Counted from the whole stretch's first letter, positions 27,168 to 39,870 are shown. The stretch: DNA of 63,445 nt, filler included, from Octopus bimaculoides (GCF_001194135.2; 7 parts of 6 records of this genome joined end to end with filler, not necessarily neighbours in it), one strand, 5' to 3'. Notes: generated by a model not told the origin, from the sequence alone. Made by a program: numbers and translations.

Positions 27168-28594
27168 NNNNNNNNNNNNNNNNNNNNNNNNNNNNNNNNN
27201 NNNNNNNNNNNNNNNNNNNNNNNNNNNNNNNNNNNNNNNNNNNNNNNNNNNNNNNNNNNNNNNNNNNNNNNNNNNNNNNNNNNNNNNNNNNNNNNNNNNN
27301 NNNNNNNNNNNNNNNNNNNNNNNNNNNNNNNNNNNNNNNNNNNNNNNNNNNNNNNNNNNNNNNNNNNNNNNNNNNNNNNNNNNNNNNNNNNNNNNNNNNN
27401 NNNNNNNNNNNNNNNNNNNNNNNNNNNNNNNNNNNNNNNNNNNNNNNNNNNNNNNNNNNNNNNNNNNNNNNNNNNNNNNNNNNNNNNNNNNNNNNNNNNN
27501 NNNNNNNNNNNNNNNNNNNNNNNNNNNNNNNNNNNNNNNNNNNNNNNNNNNNNNNNNNNNNNNNNNNNNNNNNNNNNNNNNNNNNNNNNNNNNNNNNNNN
27601 NNNNNNNNNNNNNNNNNNNNNNNNNNNNNNNNNNNNNNNNNNNNNNNNNNNNNNNNNNNNNNNNNNNNNNNNNNNNNNNNNNNNNNNNNNNNNNNNNNNN
27701 NNNNNNNNNNNNNNNNNNNNNNNNNNNNNNNNNNNNNNNNNNNNNNNNNNNNNNNNNNNNNNNNNNNNNNNNNTAATAGCAGTGTGCTGAGAATTTATTT
27801 TTTCGAATGACCGCACTAATAGCCTCTTTATCGTTTATTTAATAGTTTACTAGTTTTGGTTTGTTTTGTTTTTGTTGTTGTTTTTGTTTTTCGAACAAGG
27901 AAATTAATAATTTGAAAAGGACAAAGAAATATTCCTGCAGAATGGTAACAGAAAGAAACAAGGAAGAAAAAACATACATGTTTTCAGTCTGGTGCTAGTT
28001 GTGGTGCTAGATGGTGTGGAGGTGAGGAGGTTCTGGTGGTGGGAGGAGGTTCTGGTGGTCTGTTGTTGATGCTTGTGGCCAGTGATGCTGATGGACAATG
28101 GCGAAGCCGTCTCGCGCGCAGCGTCAGCTGGCGAATGTACGAAATGTTTGGGCGTGTCTACGTGCGCGCACATTGCGTACACACGCACGCACACACACAC
28201 ACACACACATACATACGTGCACATACATATAGATAGATATGCATATAGATAGGGAGAGAGAGAGAGAGATACATGAACATTAAAGGTGATGCTCCAGCAT
28301 AGCCGCAGTCAAATGAGTGAAACAAGTAAAAGAATAAAAGAATACAGATAACTAAATATGCGTATAATATGCGTATGTGTGTATGTATGTGCGTGTATGT
28401 ATGTCTATGAATGTGTGTGTACGTATGCATTTATGTATGTATGTAAATATGCATGTTCCTGTATGTATGTATATGTGTATGTATGTATATATGTATGTAT
28501 GTATGTATGTGTGTGTGTATGTGTGTATGTAAATAAGTGTGTGAGTATGTAAGTACGTATGTATTTATCTATGTATGTATGCATTTTTTTTCTC

Positions 28595-28785
28595 TTACTT
28601 GTTTCAGTCATTTGATTGTGGCCATGCTGGTGCACCGCCTTTTTAGTCGAGCAAATCGACCCCAGGACTTATTCTTTGTAAGCCTAGTACTTATTTTATC
28701 GGTGTGTACGGGGACGTAAACACACCAGCATCGGTTGTCAAGCGATGGTGGTGGGACAAACAAACACACACACACACATACATAN
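28595..28785 (+). mobile_element. SINE-like family D
   Basis: gtttcagtcatttgattgtggccatgctggtgcacc...ggggacgtaaacacacc...gtcaagcgatggtgg; related sequence at ~38805-38840 and 62075-62285. Confidence 0.7.
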
Positions 28786-29322
28786 NNNNNNNNNNNNNNN
28801 NNNNNNNNNNNNNNNNNNNNNNNNNNNNNNNNNNNNNNNNNNNNNNNNNNNNNNNNNNNNNNNNNNNNNNNNNNNNNNNNNNNNNNNNNNNNNNNNNNNN
28901 NNNNNNNNNNNNNNNNNNNNNNNNNNNNNNNNNNNNNNNNNNNNNNNNNNNNNNNNNNNNNNNNNNNNNNNNNNNNNNNNNNNNNNNNNNNNNNNNNNNN
29001 NNNNNNNNNNNNNNNNNNNNNNNNNNNNNNNNNNNNNNNNNNNNNNNNNNNNNNNNNNNNNNNNNNNNNNNNNNNNNNNNNNNNNNNNNNNNNNNNNNNN
29101 NNNNNNNNNNNNNNNNNNNNNNNNNNNNNNNNNNNNNNNNNNNNNNNNNNNNNNNNNNNNNNNNNNNNNNNNNNNNNNNNNNNNNNNNNNNNNNNNNNNN
29201 NNNNNNNNNNNNNNNNNNNNNNNNNNNNNNNNNNNNNNNNNNNNNNNNNNNNNNNNNNNNNNNNNNNNNNNNNNNNNNNNNNNNNNNNNNNNNNNNNNNN
29301 NNNNNNNNNNNNNNNNNNNNNN

Positions 29323-29395
<73 letters not shown>

Positions 29396-29895
29396 CGTGT
29401 CAGTTATTAATGAAGGATTGTCACTCCCGGGGAAAATACTTCATAAGTTCTGTGTTGATACAAATAAACCAAGATAACAAAAGGTTTTCCGATTATTAAA
29501 AAGCCCCATGTCATCCCAGGGCAAAGCCTGAGATTGTGGGCCATCACCAGTCGATTTAGTAAACTCATGGTCACATTCCCCAGTTAACCTGGTCTTTTTT
29601 CGAGAGTAACATACAAGAAAAGGTATAGAATAATAGGCTTTACATGTTGATTTATTCATTCATTTTTTACTTACAGCTGTTTCTGATATGTATTATAGGT
29701 GCGTTCATAGTTCTATGTATTCAATAGCTCTATTTATCGAATAAAAAAATAGTTCAAACGACCTGAAAATAAATCTTGTCATCGTTGATCAGTTGAGCGA
29801 TTCAGTAAAGAGAACTATGAAGACGTGTATAATGTATACCAGAAACAGCCGTAAGTCAAAATGCACGAATAATAAACCACTATTTATGTCTTTTC

Positions 29896-29972
<77 letters not shown>

Positions 29973-30683
29973 CACATAGATGTAAAACAAGATGGAAAAA
30001 ATAATGATCGAATACCAAAGAGAGAGTAAAATACTATTTTATTAAAGCCTAAAAAACTTCACAAACTCTTACCCGGAGTTTCGCGTGACCGATCATCAGA
30101 CATTTGCAATAATAGAGACTGTCAAAACAATTTTATAAATTGATTACAAAGTGTGAGTTTGTATGTATGTATGTATGTGTGTATATATATGTATGTATGT
30201 GTGTATACATACACGCATACAACGATCTATGAAAGTTAAATAACTTTCAGCCTTATAGTGCTTTCGAATCGATAATAAAGCTATGCATAAAGAAATAATA
30301 TTAATTCGTAAATATAAGATCAATGAGGAAGTCACCTCTGATCCTGATGTTACTTCAACAACTGCACCGGTCTATAACAAGTGTCACTAGTCCCAGCAAA
30401 GGCAACCTATATTTTTACTTGCTCACACCTACTTTTACATGAAATTACAACATATTTTCTTGTAATGACAGCAGCTTGCATTGATTTCTGTATGAATTTC
30501 TTACTTATTGTTATCTTTTTAACTGTATCGAATAGTGTAGATGTATAAATACTGAGTAATCGATATGTAGAGAGACAGAGGGTGACTGACACAAAAGAAA
30601 AAGAAAAAGATCTAGACAAATTTACAGCTAAATAAGATGTGTTGTTGAGAGCAGTGCACTTCGTTATTGTTAAACACCATCAA

Positions 30684-30890
30684 GGTCCTGAACTGGCAGA
30701 ATCGTTAGCATGCCGGGGTGAGTTCAAATTCCACCGAGGTTAACTTTGCCTTTCATTCTTTTATTTTCTCTTTTTTGGTGGGGGGAGGGGAACGTCGATA
30801 AAATAAGCACCAGTCAAGCACTGAGGTCGATGTAAGCGACTTACTCCCGCTCCCAGACATGCTGGCTTTGTGCCAGAATTTGAAACCATT
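30684..30890 (+). mobile_element. SINE family B
   Basis: Matches the family unit. Confidence 0.75.
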
Positions 30891-31687
30891 ATTATTTACC
30901 ACCTTCTCCATTTCCTTTATTTTGACCCCACTACCACCACCACCACCACCACCACCACNNNNNNNNNNNNNNNNNNNNNNNNNNNNNNNNNNNNNNNNNN
31001 NNNNNNNNNNNNNNNNNNNNNNNNNNNNNNNNNNNNNNNNNNNNNNNNNNNNNNNNNNNNNNNNNNNNNNNNNNNNNNNNNNNNNNNNNNNNNNNNNNNN
31101 NNNNNNNNNNNNNNNNNNNNNNNNNNNNNNNNNNNNNNNNNNNNNNNNNNNNATAGGGTGATGTCTTCTTCAATAGATGTAATGTTTGTGGTTTAGTATC
31201 CAGGCTCTCCAGCTGACGAGACCCGTTTTAATGTTACATCAATGCCGCCTTCACCACCGCTATCCCCGCCATCGCTATTCCTCTCACCTCCACAATTATT
31301 AGGTCGCTTGTATTTATTCTAATCATTCCGGTATTCTCTTATTCATTTTTTTATTTATTTTTTTAATTTTTCGATTCTTCTCTCAATCGAATCTTGCTTT
31401 CGTTCTTTCTTTTCCCTCTCTTTCAAACCATCTGCCTTTCTTTTCTTTTCTTTTTTTTTCCTCTTTCTCTTTTGCGCTTAATCTTTTATTTATTTATTTA
31501 TCTATTTATTTATTTATTTATTCATTTATTTATTTTCTTTCATGTAGTCTGTCGAATATCGAAATGTTCTTCACGCTCTCTCTCTCACTCTCACTTTCTA
31601 TACACACACATACACATATACATATACACATAAATATATGAATATATAAATATATATACATATATATATACACACACATATACATTC

Positions 31688-31718
<31 letters not shown>

Positions 31719-31814
31719 TTCATATATATATATATATACACACATTCACACGCACGCACGCACACATATACACACATATATATATATACACATATACATG
31801 TATATATATATATT

Positions 31815-31848
<34 letters not shown>

Positions 31849-32642
31849 TTGTGAGTGTGTGAGTATATGTGTGTTTTATTATTAGAAACAATATACTCCT
31901 ATTAAAAGGTATCAATCTTTCTTATGCCTTTCTCTTCTCTCTCACTTTCTCTTCTCTCTCTCTCTCACCCACTCTCTCTCTCTTATTCCCTGAGATTTGA
32001 TTGGAACTATCTCACTCTCTCTTTTCTCTCTCTCTCTCTCCCTCTCTCACCTTCAGTCCCTATTTCTTTCTTTTCTCACACTCATCCCTCACTCACCCTC
32101 GACTCATTCAACACCACCCTAAAACTTATCCCCCCAAAACCAAACATCCTCACCCCCTCACATCCATACCCACACACTCTCTCTTTCTCACCCCTCTCTC
32201 TTTCTCACTCCCTCTTTCTTTCTCTCCTCCCTCTCTCTATCTCTCTCTTTTTCTATTTCTACCATTATTCTGCCTTTGCTTTCGCTCTTATCTCACCACC
32301 CCCTACAATCCTAAAACCTCTTCCTCAACCCAACCCCCTCTCTCCCCTCTCCCACCATCCCTCCCTCTACATCCCATGTTCTATAACATACTCATTCATA
32401 CACAAGACGGGGAGGAAGTGCATGGGAAATCTATTGAAATATTGTACAAGCGGGGTGTGAGCGGTTATACCCGAAGTGTTTGCTAGGGTAGCAGTAAAGG
32501 GTCATCATATAACGTCAAGACCTTAACAGCTTACAGTGATTGGTGCACTTCGAGGAAGGCGAAAGTTTTCACAAGAGACAATGCAGTTTCATTGCACGTG
32601 CATGCATGTACGTGAATATTTGTGTACGTGTGTATGCATGTA

Positions 32643-32686
<44 letters not shown>

Positions 32687-33284
32687 CGTGTGTGTGCATT
32701 TGTGCGTGTGTATGTCGTGTGTGGATGGACGTAAGAAGCATTGACTTATGTTTGTTGTCNNNNNNNNNNNNNNNNNNNNNNNNNNNNNNNNNNNNNNNNN
32801 NNNNNNNNNNNNNNNNNNNNNNNNNNNNNNNNNNNNNNNNNNNNNNNNNNNNNNNNNNNNNNNNNNNNNNNNNNNNNNNNNNNNNNNNNNNNNNNNNNNN
32901 NNNNNNNNNNNNNNNNNNNNNNNNNNNNNNNNNNNNNNNNNNNNNNNNNNNNNNNNNNNNNNNNNNNNNNNNNNNNNNNNNNNNNNNNNNNNNNNNNNNN
33001 NNNNNNNNNNNNNNNNNNNNNNNNNNNNNNNNNNNNNNNNNNNNNNNNNNNNNNNNNNNNNNNNNNNNNNNNNNNNNNNNNNNNNNNNNNNNNNNNNNNN
33101 NNNNNNNNNNNNNNNNNNNNNNNNNNNNNNNNNNNNNNNNNNNNNNNNNNNNNNNNNNNNNNNNNNNNNNNNNNNNNNNNNNNNNNNNNNNNNNNNNNNN
33201 NNNNNNNNNNNNNNNNNNNNNNNNNNNNNNNNNNNNNNNNNNNNNNNNNNNNNNNTATATATATATATATATATATATATCATG

Positions 33285-33490
33285 ATAGATCGTTGACCAA
33301 AAACCATTCAATTTTTTTTCTCCGTGTTTTTCTCCTTGTTTTCTCCGTATTCTTTCTGTTGAAGAAGAGCGTAGCCCGAAACGTTAAAGACTTTCTGTAT
33401 TCCCGAGCGTCAAACTAATACATCCTTTTGTTGTTTACACCACCTGTCCTCGTCTGTTGTTGTTTTTTTTTTTCGTACATTCTCCCATAT
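33285..33490 (+). mobile_element. Penelope-tail-like repeat (family F) with degenerate hammerhead motif
   Basis: Homologous to 59280-59460; TCTTT-CTGTTGAA...GAGCGTAGCCC-GAAAC-GTT-AAAGA at 33351-33390. Confidence 0.6.
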
Positions 33491-33705
33491 ATATATATAT
33501 TTATGTATACATATAAAACTGTATATCTATGAACACACATTTATATACGTATAAATGTGCGTGTGTTTGTATATATGTGTATATATAATACATAGATAAA
33601 TTCATGCCTATATATATGCATATACTTACACACTCATATACGCACACACCCATACACACACACACATATATATATACATATATATACATACATATATATA
33701 TGCAT

Positions 33706-33765
<60 letters not shown>

Positions 33766-34029
33766 TCGTGCATACTTATATACATAAATACATACATAGA
33801 TAAATACATATAGACATATATATGCATGTGTATCTGTGCGGTGTAGAAAGCACCCATTCGACCATTATTGAAGAAAAGCAAAAAGAAAAATAAATATGTC
33901 AGCAGCCATTCTTTGCTCAGCCAATCAACACCAGCGTCTAAACCACCACCAACAACAACAACGACATCAACATCAACACCTACAACAACAACAGTACCTA
34001 CAACAATAAGCACCCACGCCAACAACACA

Positions 34030-34182
34030 ATGACCACTCGCCAATTTTTCTCATGTCCAGCTAAATACAATAGCCGTCAGCTCGATACGAACTCTCAAGT
34101 CCAGCTAATACAATGTACGGGCGGCCATTACTTTGCCAAAATGACCTCTGAAGGTCAAATCTACGCAACTTTGAAAGCAAGC
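34030..34182 (+). CDS. Candidate coding exon with beta-trefoil (FGF/fascin-like) strand pattern
   Basis: MTTRQFFSCPAKYNSRQLDTNSQVQLIQCTGGHYFAKMTSEGQIYATLKAS, then a weak gtcagt donor. Unique, non-microsatellite sequence. Confidence 0.3.
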
Positions 34183-34596
34183 GTCAGTATTTCTGTATGT
34201 TATTTTTATTTTATTGTATTTTATTTTATGTATAGGAATTTTGGCGATCTGTGACCCTTTGGGGTCAGGCATTCAATGTCAGTAGTACCTTAAACCCAAT
34301 TCACATCGGTTTGATGTAACAGACATAATAATGTGTGTGTGTGTGTGTGTATGAAGAATGAAGTGTGTCTGTGTGTGTGTGGAGAGGATTCTGGTCGATA
34401 ATCTGCGGGGTTAAGGGTGATGTGGTGGCGATATTTTTGGGCAAATATTTTAGGTTTCAACATTGGTATTTCAAAGTCGGCACCATTCCAGCGCCAAACA
34501 ATAAAGAAAGAAAGAAAGAAAGAAAGAAAGAAACAAACAAACAAACAAACAANNNNNNNNNNNNNNNNNNNNNNNNNNNNNNNNNNNNNNNNNNNN

Positions 34597-34608
34597 TTAA
34601 TTAATTAA
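34597..34608. other. Artificial linker TTAATTAATTAA
   Basis: N44 on both flanks. Confidence 0.95.
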
Positions 34609-34652
34609 NNNNNNNNNNNNNNNNNNNNNNNNNNNNNNNNNNNNNNNNNNNN

Positions 34653-35880
34653 TAGAAGTTCATGTTGGTATTATGCCTAGGGTGCCATATATTTGGTTTT
34701 GTACATAGTGTTGTTCTAGAGAATGTTTAAGAAACCATAAGAAAATTATGAGTTTGTTTTAAAATTTGAGATTACATAGACAGTATTTTACGTAGGATAT
34801 GGGCAGTTCCCATGAGCATTATCTTTTGAATTTCCGCCATTTTGGGGTTTCATGGTATCTGAGCTAGGTAGCAATCAGCCCTTTTTGCTATCATTCCTAG
34901 GGCACCTATGACAACAGGTATTGTTTTAGTTTTCAGATTCCACATTTTGCTAATTTCTATTTCAAGATCTTTATACTTGCTCAGTTTTTGGTAGGTCTTG
35001 ACAGATACGTTAATTTCGATTGGTACAGTCATATCAATGAGGAGGCATGATATTTGTCTGAAGACTTTCAACATGATGTCTGGCCTATTTGCATCTATCT
35101 TTCTGTCAGTTTGAAGAGTGAAATTTCAGAGGAGTGAGATGTGATCATTTTCAAGCACTGGAGTTGGTTTGTGTTCCACCAGTTTTTATCATGGGGCAAG
35201 TCCAGGTTTTTGCAAATTACCCAGTGAATATATATATTGTGCAGCTCTATCATACCTGTTGAGATACTCTGTAGGCGCAAGAAGACTGCACTTGGAGACA
35301 ACATGGTCAATGGTTTCATTTTGTTGTTGACATAAACGGTATGTTGGGAAGCTACCGTTCTTTATTATGTTCCTTGTAGGTAGGCAATGGCCTTGGGCTG
35401 CTATGATAAACCCTTCTGTTTCAGATTTTAAGCCAGAGGCCATTAGCTATTGATGGGTAAGGGCTTTGTCAACATCGGCATTATTCGCTCTCTTCGGGTA
35501 TTTGCCATTGAGAAGCTTTTCTTGCCATTTATCAGTCAGAATATCTAAGGCAGAAGTTTTAGCACGGGTTTTCATGTGCTTAGCTTTTTCTGCGCTTGTT
35601 TCTCGTATGTCGAATTCCGGAATTTGTTGTATTTGGAATTCACTTAGATATTCCTTAGCCTGTTTTCGCGATAATCTATTCAACGTTTCTGCCTCTTCTT
35701 TGATCCGATTCAAAATAGGCGCACTATGTATGATAATCGGAAATCGCCAGATATTCGTAGTAGGAAATATGTTCTTTTCATTCAAATCCATTTTCTGTAG
35801 CAGCTCTAACCTATTTAGACAGACTTCCTTCGCATTTCCTTTCATCTTCTCACTGGCTATGTCACAAGAAAGCAATATAC
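34653..35880 (-). mobile_element. R4/Dong-like non-LTR retrotransposon 3' fragment (CCHC finger plus restriction-like endonuclease)
   Basis: GLKSETEGFIIAAQ, RLCQQQNETIDHVVSKC, ANRPDI, CLLIDMTVP and KLSKYKDLEIEISKMWNLKTKTIPVVIGALG. Frameshifted. Confidence 0.85.
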
Positions 35881-36003
35881 TCGTACATACATATACTCAT
35901 ATATGAATATAGCGAATAAATGTCAACTACTTGAAAAACAATCTTTCTCACTCACTCACGAATAATTACCGTCTTAGAAAATAATGTGAGAATATTTTGG
36001 TAT

Positions 36004-36079
36004 TTTAACATACTAGACCACTATAGACTTTAACATATTGGACTACTACGGAACTTTAACATACTAGACAACTACATAG
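36004..36079. repeat. Three diverged 25-26 bp tandem units
   Basis: tttaacatactagaccactatagac / tttaacatattggactactacggaac / tttaacatactagacaactacatag. Confidence 0.85.
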
Positions 36080-36469
36080 TTTGTAAATAACCCTGATATA
36101 ATTTTCCAAGAGAAATAACGAAATATTTTTGGAAATAAAAAGACCTAATGTTTAGTAGAAGCAAACTGAAAAGAATGACACCGGCACAGCAAGTGAAGTA
36201 CACCCACAAATAATCTATCAAGGTGGACATAGGCATGTATCATACAACAGTAGTAATAAGGTGTGTATAAAGCCTAACAAAACATTTGTTAACCATAAAC
36301 TTTTTTGATAATGCGAAACATACTCGTCCGTTATGAACAATTATGTTAACCATGAAATTATAATTTTTGTTACGGTTTCATTATCAATTTTGTAATTGCT
36401 CTTAATCATTTTCCAATATGGATTTATTATTGTTCTTTTTTTTTACTTTTCTTCAACTTGATGACACAG

Positions 36470-36703
36470 AGAAATGTCCAATCAATGTATTTTACGGCGG
36501 TATGTTTAGGGATAATGAGGTGATGTCCAAATACAAGATGACAACATACGTTGAGTGTCTGAAAAATTGTGGGAAAAGTACTAAATGCTACTCTACTAAC
36601 TACGACGTGAGCACAGCGGCATGTTACTTAATTGCCAGAAATTCTACTGGCATCGCTATCAGACGTCATTACACGAACTGGATAGGCACTGAAGTCGATA
36701 GAG
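36470..36703 (+). CDS. PAN/apple-domain exon A1 (phase 1-1, 234 nt)
   Basis: Acceptor acacag, donor gtaaga. Reads EKCPINVFYGG...YVECLKNCGKSTKCYSTNYDVSTAACYL...NWIGTEVDR, with C-x3-C-x5-C-x11-C-Y-L PAN spacing and an NST sequon. Paralog at 49432. Confidence 0.85.
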
Positions 36704-36720
36704 GTAAGAAAATTTTTTAG

Positions 36721-36769
<49 letters not shown>

Positions 36770-36770
36770 T

Positions 36771-37020
36771 TTTAAAAAATAACGTTGACCACTAACGTGG
36801 ACAATTAATGTGCTAGAAATAGATCACATCTTGTGTCTATTAAGACCTAAATTGTTCTCAACATGAAATATAGCAGCATACCAAAACGTGAGCGGGCAAG
36901 ACATTTTGGTATGCTGCTATATTTCATGTTGAGAACAATTTAGGTCTTAATAGACACAAGATGTGATCTATTTCTAGTACATTAATTGTCCACGTTAGTG
37001 GTCAACGTTATCTTTTTAAA
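36771..37020. mobile_element. MITE/foldback element with ~116-bp inverted arms and a 17-bp spacer
   Basis: 36771-36886 is the reverse complement of 36904-37020 apart from one mismatch and one indel; TTTAAA at both ends. Confidence 0.85.
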
Positions 37021-37078
37021 ATGTACCTTAATCCCCTGAGATTGCAGATACTATTTCTGAATCTCTTTGATTCTTTAG

Positions 37079-37095
37079 ATGTGCTGGCCTCCTGA
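37079..37095 (+). CDS. Possible short terminal exon after A1 (DVLAS*)
   Basis: Strong pyrimidine tract tttctgaatctctttgattctttag; phase 1 compatible; TGA at 37093-37095. Confidence 0.3.
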
Positions 37096-37584
37096 TAATT
37101 AATCGATATTAATTAATATATGATTAATTACCAGATTTTATAATAATATATATATATATATATATGCCTGTCTGTTTGTCTGTTTATCTGCCTTCCTGTA
37201 TGTCCTTGTATACATACATACATACATACATACATATCTTTTTTTGTAACGTTCGTTCTCGAAGCACATTGTATAAAGCTATGAATAATACTATGTAATT
37301 ATTGGTTTCCAAACCCCATTGGACAGAACGAGTCCAAGGTTAACCGTGTGACTCAAAGCTCATCTCTTATAGATAAATTCGCCTCGAGAGTCAATGTTTC
37401 AAGTAAGAAATCTTTCACGTATTCTCGATTGTTTATGAAATTTTTATGACGAAAATAACGAAGCAGAAAAAGCAAAAACACTTTCTTGGTGTTTGCAGTT
37501 GCAAATGTACGATGAGTAGGGGAACAAACGTTTAAAATACATGAAGTTTTAAAGTTCTTTTTTAAAACACCTCCTTCTGTTATA

Positions 37585-38570
37585 TTGAAATATCTGTTTA
37601 AGACGACCTTCGGACCGGGACCTATGGACAACTTCCAGAGATCCCTGGCCTGGCAGTGTTATCGAGAAGCACTACCCGTTCGGGATAAGCTCTACAGGCA
37701 TGGCTCGAGAAACATGGGGCCGACCTGTCCGAGATGCCGACAGAGCGACGAAACCGTTCTGCACGCACTCGTACAGTGTCCCACCATTTCCGAGCTGTGG
37801 GCTTACGTCGAACAACTGCTATCGCGTGTGGGACGAGTCGGTCTATCAGCCGAGTCTATCGTGAATATTGTCGCGCCTCCTTCCTTTAAACGGGAAGGAA
37901 GAGCTATTTTCATCGTACTTGTGGCTNNNNNNNNNNNNNNNNNNNNNNNNNNNNNNNNNNNNNNNNNNNNNNNNNNNNNNNNNNNNNNNNNNNNNNNNNN
38001 NNNNNNNNNNNNNNNNNNNNNNNNNNNNNNNNNNNNNNNNNNNNNNNNNNNNNNNNNNNNNNNNNNNNNNNNNNNNNNNNNNNNNNNNNNNNNNNNNNNN
38101 NNNNNNNNNNNNNNNNNNNNNNNNNNNNNNNNNNNNNNNNNNNNNNNNNNNNNNNNNNNNNNNNNNNNNNNNNNNNNNNNNNNNNNNNNNNNNNNNNNNN
38201 NNNNNNNNNNNNNNNNNNNNNNNNNNNNNNNNNNNNNNNNNNNNNNNNNNNNNNNNNNNNNNNNNNNNNNNNNNNNNNNNNNNNNNNNNNNNNNNNNNNN
38301 NNNNNNNNNNNNNNNNNNNNNNNNNNNNNNNNNNNNNNNNNNNNNNNNNNNNNNNNNNNNNNNNNNNNNNNNNNNNNNNNNNNNNNNNNNNNNNNNNNNN
38401 NNNNNNNNNNNNNNNNNNNNNNNCCTTTTGATCGAACTACCCCCTTTTCCTTCCTACGATCCCTTTTGATCGACCCCCCCCTTTTTTTTTCTTTCCCCCT
38501 CCCAAAAAGAAAAGCTCTACATTGTATTTGTCCCATCTTCGTTGAGCCCTGTGTGGCTAATAAAAGAAAT
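37585..38570 (+). mobile_element. Tx1/L1-clade LINE 3' end (zinc-binding domain, N gap, 3' UTR)
   Basis: WQCYREALPVRDKL...CPRCRQSDETVLHALVQC; after the gap a pyrimidine-rich UTR ends in aataaaagaaa. Confidence 0.8.
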
Positions 38571-39197
38571 GTAACTGATACAAAACTATTTGGAAAAATC
38601 CCGACCGAAACGGAGAATTTCCAACTTATACGGAATAGCTATTCCGAAGGTCCGCTCTTTTCAGTAAAGTAATTTTAAAGTGTTCATCAAATTGGAATAG
38701 TACAAAATGGCGAAGTATATAGAAAGAACAAGAAAGAAAATAAGTTTCGATTTACTGTTTTTCAGTGTTCTGATATCTTTTTATCGTTTATATTTTACTT
38801 ATTTTAGTCATTTGACTGCGGCCATGTTGGGGCACCATCAAAAATGTCGGCTCTGTTATACCCACATCATCAGCGGCTGTCCCAAAATGTCTCCAGGATA
38901 CTACCTACTGATATGCTGGGGCAACTGCCCCCTTTTGCCATCCCACTACTATAAATCTACTTATGTATATAGTGGATGAGAAGATAAGCAGCGGATTAGT
39001 GCTCGGACTAATCGGATTCTGAAGCTCATTATTCCTTATCAGAGTAAGGCTGTCCAGAAGTATAAGAGTTGTCTATAAGTTAAAGCGGACAGTTATAGAG
39101 GAAGGATAAAATGCTGCTAATAGTAAGGAGGCTTGCCACTCGGTTTGCGCAATTGTGCAAACTGGTTTGGGGAAACACACACATATATCTAAGAATA

Positions 39198-39583
39198 GTT
39201 GCAATGGCCCAGTGGTTAGGGCAGCGGACTCGCGGTCATAGAATCGCGGTTTCGATTCTCAGACCGGGCGTTGTGAGTGTTTATTCAGCGAAAACACCTA
39301 AAAGCTCCACGAGGCTCCGGCAGGGGATGGTGGCGAACACTGCTGTACTCTTTCACCACAACTTTCTCTCACTCTTACTTCCTGCTTCTGTTGTGCCTGT
39401 AGTTCAAAGGGTCAGCCTTGTCACACTGTGTCACGCTGATTATCCCCGAGAACTACGTTGAGGGTAAACGTGTCTGTGGAGTGCTCAGCCACTTGCACGT
39501 TAATTTCACGAGCAGGCTGTTCCGTTGGTCGGATCAACTGGAACCCTCGACGTCGTAAGCGACGGAGTGCCAACAACAACAAC
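39198..39583 (+). mobile_element. SINE family A, full length with 11-bp TSD
   Basis: ATCTAAGAATA at 39187-39197 and 39584-39594; (CAA)n tail. Confidence 0.9.
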
Positions 39584-39870
39584 ATCTAAGAATACTTAAA
39601 GATAGCAATTGTTTTTTGAGTTTCTTATTGTTAATGGCAATACATACCAGGCAGACCCGCACACTCACACACACACACACACACACACACTAACACACAC
39701 ACATATACACGCATACACACGCATACATGCATGCACGTACATACTCATAAACGCAGGTATTCATATCGAGAAACGGTGAGAGGAAGGGAGAGCTAGAACG
39801 AGAGAAAGGGATATTTCAATGCTTGTTTCACCTTCTCTGTCCTCGTGATATTTCTGCATGTGTCCACTAG

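Noticed and set aside
27904-28224. Pro/Thr-rich minus-strand exon
   Set aside because: Low complexity, no domain, and no consistent acceptor, frame and donor set.
17779-36703. DAW1, the FGF-like exon and the PAN exons as one gene or functional cluster
   Set aside because: They lie on three different segments separated by artificial linkers.
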